Assembly: GCA_965603825.1 (NCBI GenBank)
Contig: CBFDEM010000036.1
Coordinates: 310,001-374,000 of the forward strand
DNA length: 64,000 nucleotides
Reading direction: 5' to 3'
Source: Blepharisma stoltei ATCC 30299
Taxonomy: Eukaryota; Protista; Ciliophora
Part shown: positions 61,654-64,000 of the stretch, piece by piece
Numbering within the stretch: position 1 is the first letter of the stretch
How the letters are laid out: every line of letters begins with the position of its first letter
The notes under the pieces: generated by a model
Told to the model about the DNA's origin: nothing
What the model saw: only the letters and a program-made list of their open reading frames with translations
The model's database searches: none
Program-made: the position numbers and the translations under genes

Positions 61654-62427
61654 ATGAAGCTGTGGAGACGATTGGTTGCGGAATGCTATGGTACCGCTGC
61701 TTTGGCATTTGTTATTTTTGTTAGCGAAGGAAATGCTTGGGCTGTGGGTATTGGCTTCTGGGTCATTATAGTTGGGTGCGGATTTATTGGTGGAGCTCAC
61801 TTTAATCCAACAGTAACTCTCGGAGCTATTGCAAGAGACCTCTATTTCAGACATCTCCAGATCCATAAATCAAAAGAAAAGTCTTTGGTTTACTTTACTG
61901 ATGCTATTAAAGAAGACCTTCTTTACTTAGTTGCTCAAGTTGTTGGAGCATTCTTGGGTAGTTTATTCGGCCAGTGCATTTATGACAGCACATGGAGCAT
62001 TGCAGTGTCTCCAGCAAGCACTGAAGTTCAAGCACTCTTCGCAGAACTGATCTTCACCGGTCACCTTGTCCTTGTTGTCCTTGTTTCAGCTGAGTTGATG
62101 GATTCAGTCATTGCTTCAGGTATGGCAATTGCATTTACAGTACTTGCAGGCATTGCGACAGTCGGAGACATCTCAGGAGGCTGCTTTAACCCAACTGTTT
62201 GCATTGCAATTGACGCTGTCAAGGCTATTTTTGCTGACGACGTCTCCAAATTAGATAGTTGGTGGGTCTATATTGCTGGTCCATTCCTTGGCTGCGCTTT
62301 GGGAACTGTGATCGCATGCACTTTCTTAAGAGAAAAGATCCAAATCAACAAGAAGAAAAAGATGAAGTGGCATCCTAAAGAATTCGCAATGGGGCTTCTT
62401 AAAGACCACATTAAGAGCGACAACTAA
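61654..62427 (+). CDS. Aquaporin/MIP family channel with NPT-NPT motifs
   Basis: AEC.GT, GAHFNPTVT, AQ..GA, AE...T..LV, SGGCFNPTV, WWVY..GP..G. Confidence 0.92.
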   Translation: MKLWRRLVAECYGTAALAFVIFVSEGNAWAVGIGFWVIIVGCGFIGGAHFNPTVTLGAIARDLYFRHLQIHKSKEKSLVYFTDAIKEDLLYLVAQVVGAFLGSLFGQCIYDSTWSIAVSPASTEVQALFAELIFTGHLVLVVLVSAELMDSVIASGMAIAFTVLAGIATVGDISGGCFNPTVCIAIDAVKAIFADDVSKLDSWWVYIAGPFLGCALGTVIACTFLREKIQINKKKKMKWHPKEFAMGLLKDHIKSDN

Positions 62428-62721
62428 TTAACTTAAGTTATTAGACTTAGACTAAGAGAATCGCTTTTCATTGAAATATATGTGAACATAAGTTTTATCA
62501 TTATCTCATTACAGACCTGTAAATTGCTGATTTATCGATGAGCTTTCAGTTTTCTAATTTAATCATTTATAATCAATGCAAACTTATCTAATAGTTAGCT
62601 TATATGCAATAAAATATAATGGCTCTTGGCTAAAATGAAGCTTCTGCTGTTACGTATTTTCTTTATAATTACAAAACCAAGGGACTTTGAAAATAATAAA
62701 ATCCCATAATAAAATTATAAG

Positions 62722-63390
62722 ATGGAAAGAATGCGTGGAGTTGTAGTCAAAAAGCCAATTGTATACGGCTCAATGAGTTTTTACCAAGGAAAGAAAGCAG
62801 ACGAGCATAATTCCCACAAGTGGGCTTGCTTTGTAACTGGAGTAAACGGAGAAGACGTCTCAACATTTATCAAGAAAGTGGTATTTCAACTGCATCCTAG
62901 CTTTCAAAATCCTTCACGTGTATTTGATCGGCCACCATACGAAGTGCATGAGTCAGGCTGGGGTGAATTTGAAATAATGATTCAAATCCACTTCCATGAT
63001 CCCCGAGAAAAAAGAATCGATATATTCCACATGCTACAACTATACCCAAAGCAGCCAGGTGTCTCTCAGTCGACCAAAAAACCAGTGATCAATGACCATT
63101 ATGACGAAATCATTTTTCAAGATCCGTTCCCAGACTTTTACCAAAGATTAACTGCAGGGACTGGGATCGCGCCAGATCAGGATCTATTAAACAACCCATT
63201 TCATTTAGAAATAATGCAGCATTTCCAAACCCACAACGATTCTGCAGTTTTAAGACAGCTAGAAGACGCTTATTCGTACATTAAGCAAGAAGCTGAGGAA
63301 ATGAGAGAAAAACTTAAAAAGCTAGAATCAGAAACACAGACACTAAGACAAGAATTAAGGGAAGAAGAGAAGAAGCTAAGAGATGGGTAA
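62722..63390 (+). CDS. YAF9: YEATS-domain protein Yaf9/GAS41
   Basis: KPIVYGS, HKW, IKKVVFQLHPSF.NP.R...PPYEV.E.GWGEF, C-terminal coiled coil. Confidence 0.93.
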   Translation: MERMRGVVVKKPIVYGSMSFYQGKKADEHNSHKWACFVTGVNGEDVSTFIKKVVFQLHPSFQNPSRVFDRPPYEVHESGWGEFEIMIQIHFHDPREKRIDIFHMLQLYPKQPGVSQSTKKPVINDHYDEIIFQDPFPDFYQRLTAGTGIAPDQDLLNNPFHLEIMQHFQTHNDSAVLRQLEDAYSYIKQEAEEMREKLKKLESETQTLRQELREEEKKLRDG

Positions 63391-63412
63391 TCTCTGCTAA
63401 TTTTAATTAAAT

Positions 63413-64000
63413 ATGGGAAGCAGCTCATCGAAAAAGCTGTCAGCGAAGCTGAAATCTCCTGACACAATAGATGAAATGAAGAATAGCCCAAGGCTTCAAA
63501 GACTGATGTCAAGAAAACAGCCTAAAGGTAGGTTGGCCAGCCTTTATGATGAAGCAATCACTCCACCTGCGTCTCCGAGGGAAAATCAAAAGGCAGAAAT
63601 TCAAAAAGAGATACAGAATGCTATAGAAAAGAGACAAAGAATGAATTCTTTAAATGTAAATTTTAAGGCGCTTGCCTTAATAAAGGAGGAGGTCCCTAAA
63701 ATTGACGTAAATAAGGGACAAAGCTATTTAAAAAAGCAAAGGCATAGGTCAGAGTTTGAATTTAAAGCTCCTGCGGCCCCTGTAATTATGAAACATAAGA
63801 AGTCTCAATCAATTCCTGATGAGATCGGAAAGCAGTTTAAGACTTATGATGTGGGTGAGCATGATTGATTTCTCGAAACGGAAAATATTTTTGAAGCGAA
63901 AACAACAAGGAAAGAGTCGATAAACTCCCAAAAAACGATCACATTTAATCTGAAATTCAGCAAAAGTACAAAAAATGAAGAGCCTTTAAAGATTGGGATA
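63413..64000 (+). CDS. Hypothetical N-myristoylated (MGSSSSK) protein; runs off window end
   Basis: Frame continues past TGA at 63866 to the window edge with no TAA/TAG. Confidence 0.6.

Noticed and set aside
1-64000. Widespread pseudogenisation or selenoproteins suggested by many internal TGA stops
   Set aside because: TGAs align to Trp rather than Cys columns, frames stay continuous, and no convincing SECIS was seen

Overview
AT-rich, very gene-dense eukaryotic DNA, almost certainly from a heterotrich ciliate macronuclear genome (Blepharisma-like). The supplied ORF track is fragmented for two reasons. First, TGA is read as Trp here: it occupies invariant Trp positions in kinases, Myb, TTLL, PDE and ABCC, and swaps with TGG between paralogs, while genes end in TAA/TAG. 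Second, genes contain tiny 15-nt GT..A(10)..TAG introns (8 found). After re-joining, I count about 41 intact genes and 2 probable pseudogenes. They include an aromatic amino acid hydroxylase, two double-tetraspan membrane proteins, an RRP43-like protein, two SDRs, a CDPK and a pseudo-CDPK, eIF3f, a fused PPi-PFK, a signal-anchored TTLL, LRMDA, an EF-hand PDE, Sec20, anoctamin, a tandem GIY-YIG+CCHC protein, GABA transaminase, two MFS transporters, an RBR E3, UEV/MMS2, a VPS13-like protein, a GNAT triplet, Myb-SHAQKYF, RING/TRAF-Btk, a pseudouridine synthase, Kelch plus a pseudogene, ABCC, an NPT/NPT aquaporin and YAF9. The best leads are a GC-rich pseudoknot-capable intergenic island (49461-49630), the GIY-YIG/zinc-knuckle gene with an adjacent TA-bounded 90-bp hairpin, and a TTL-family ligase that appears targeted to the secretory pathway. 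All calls come from manual motif reading; no searches were run.
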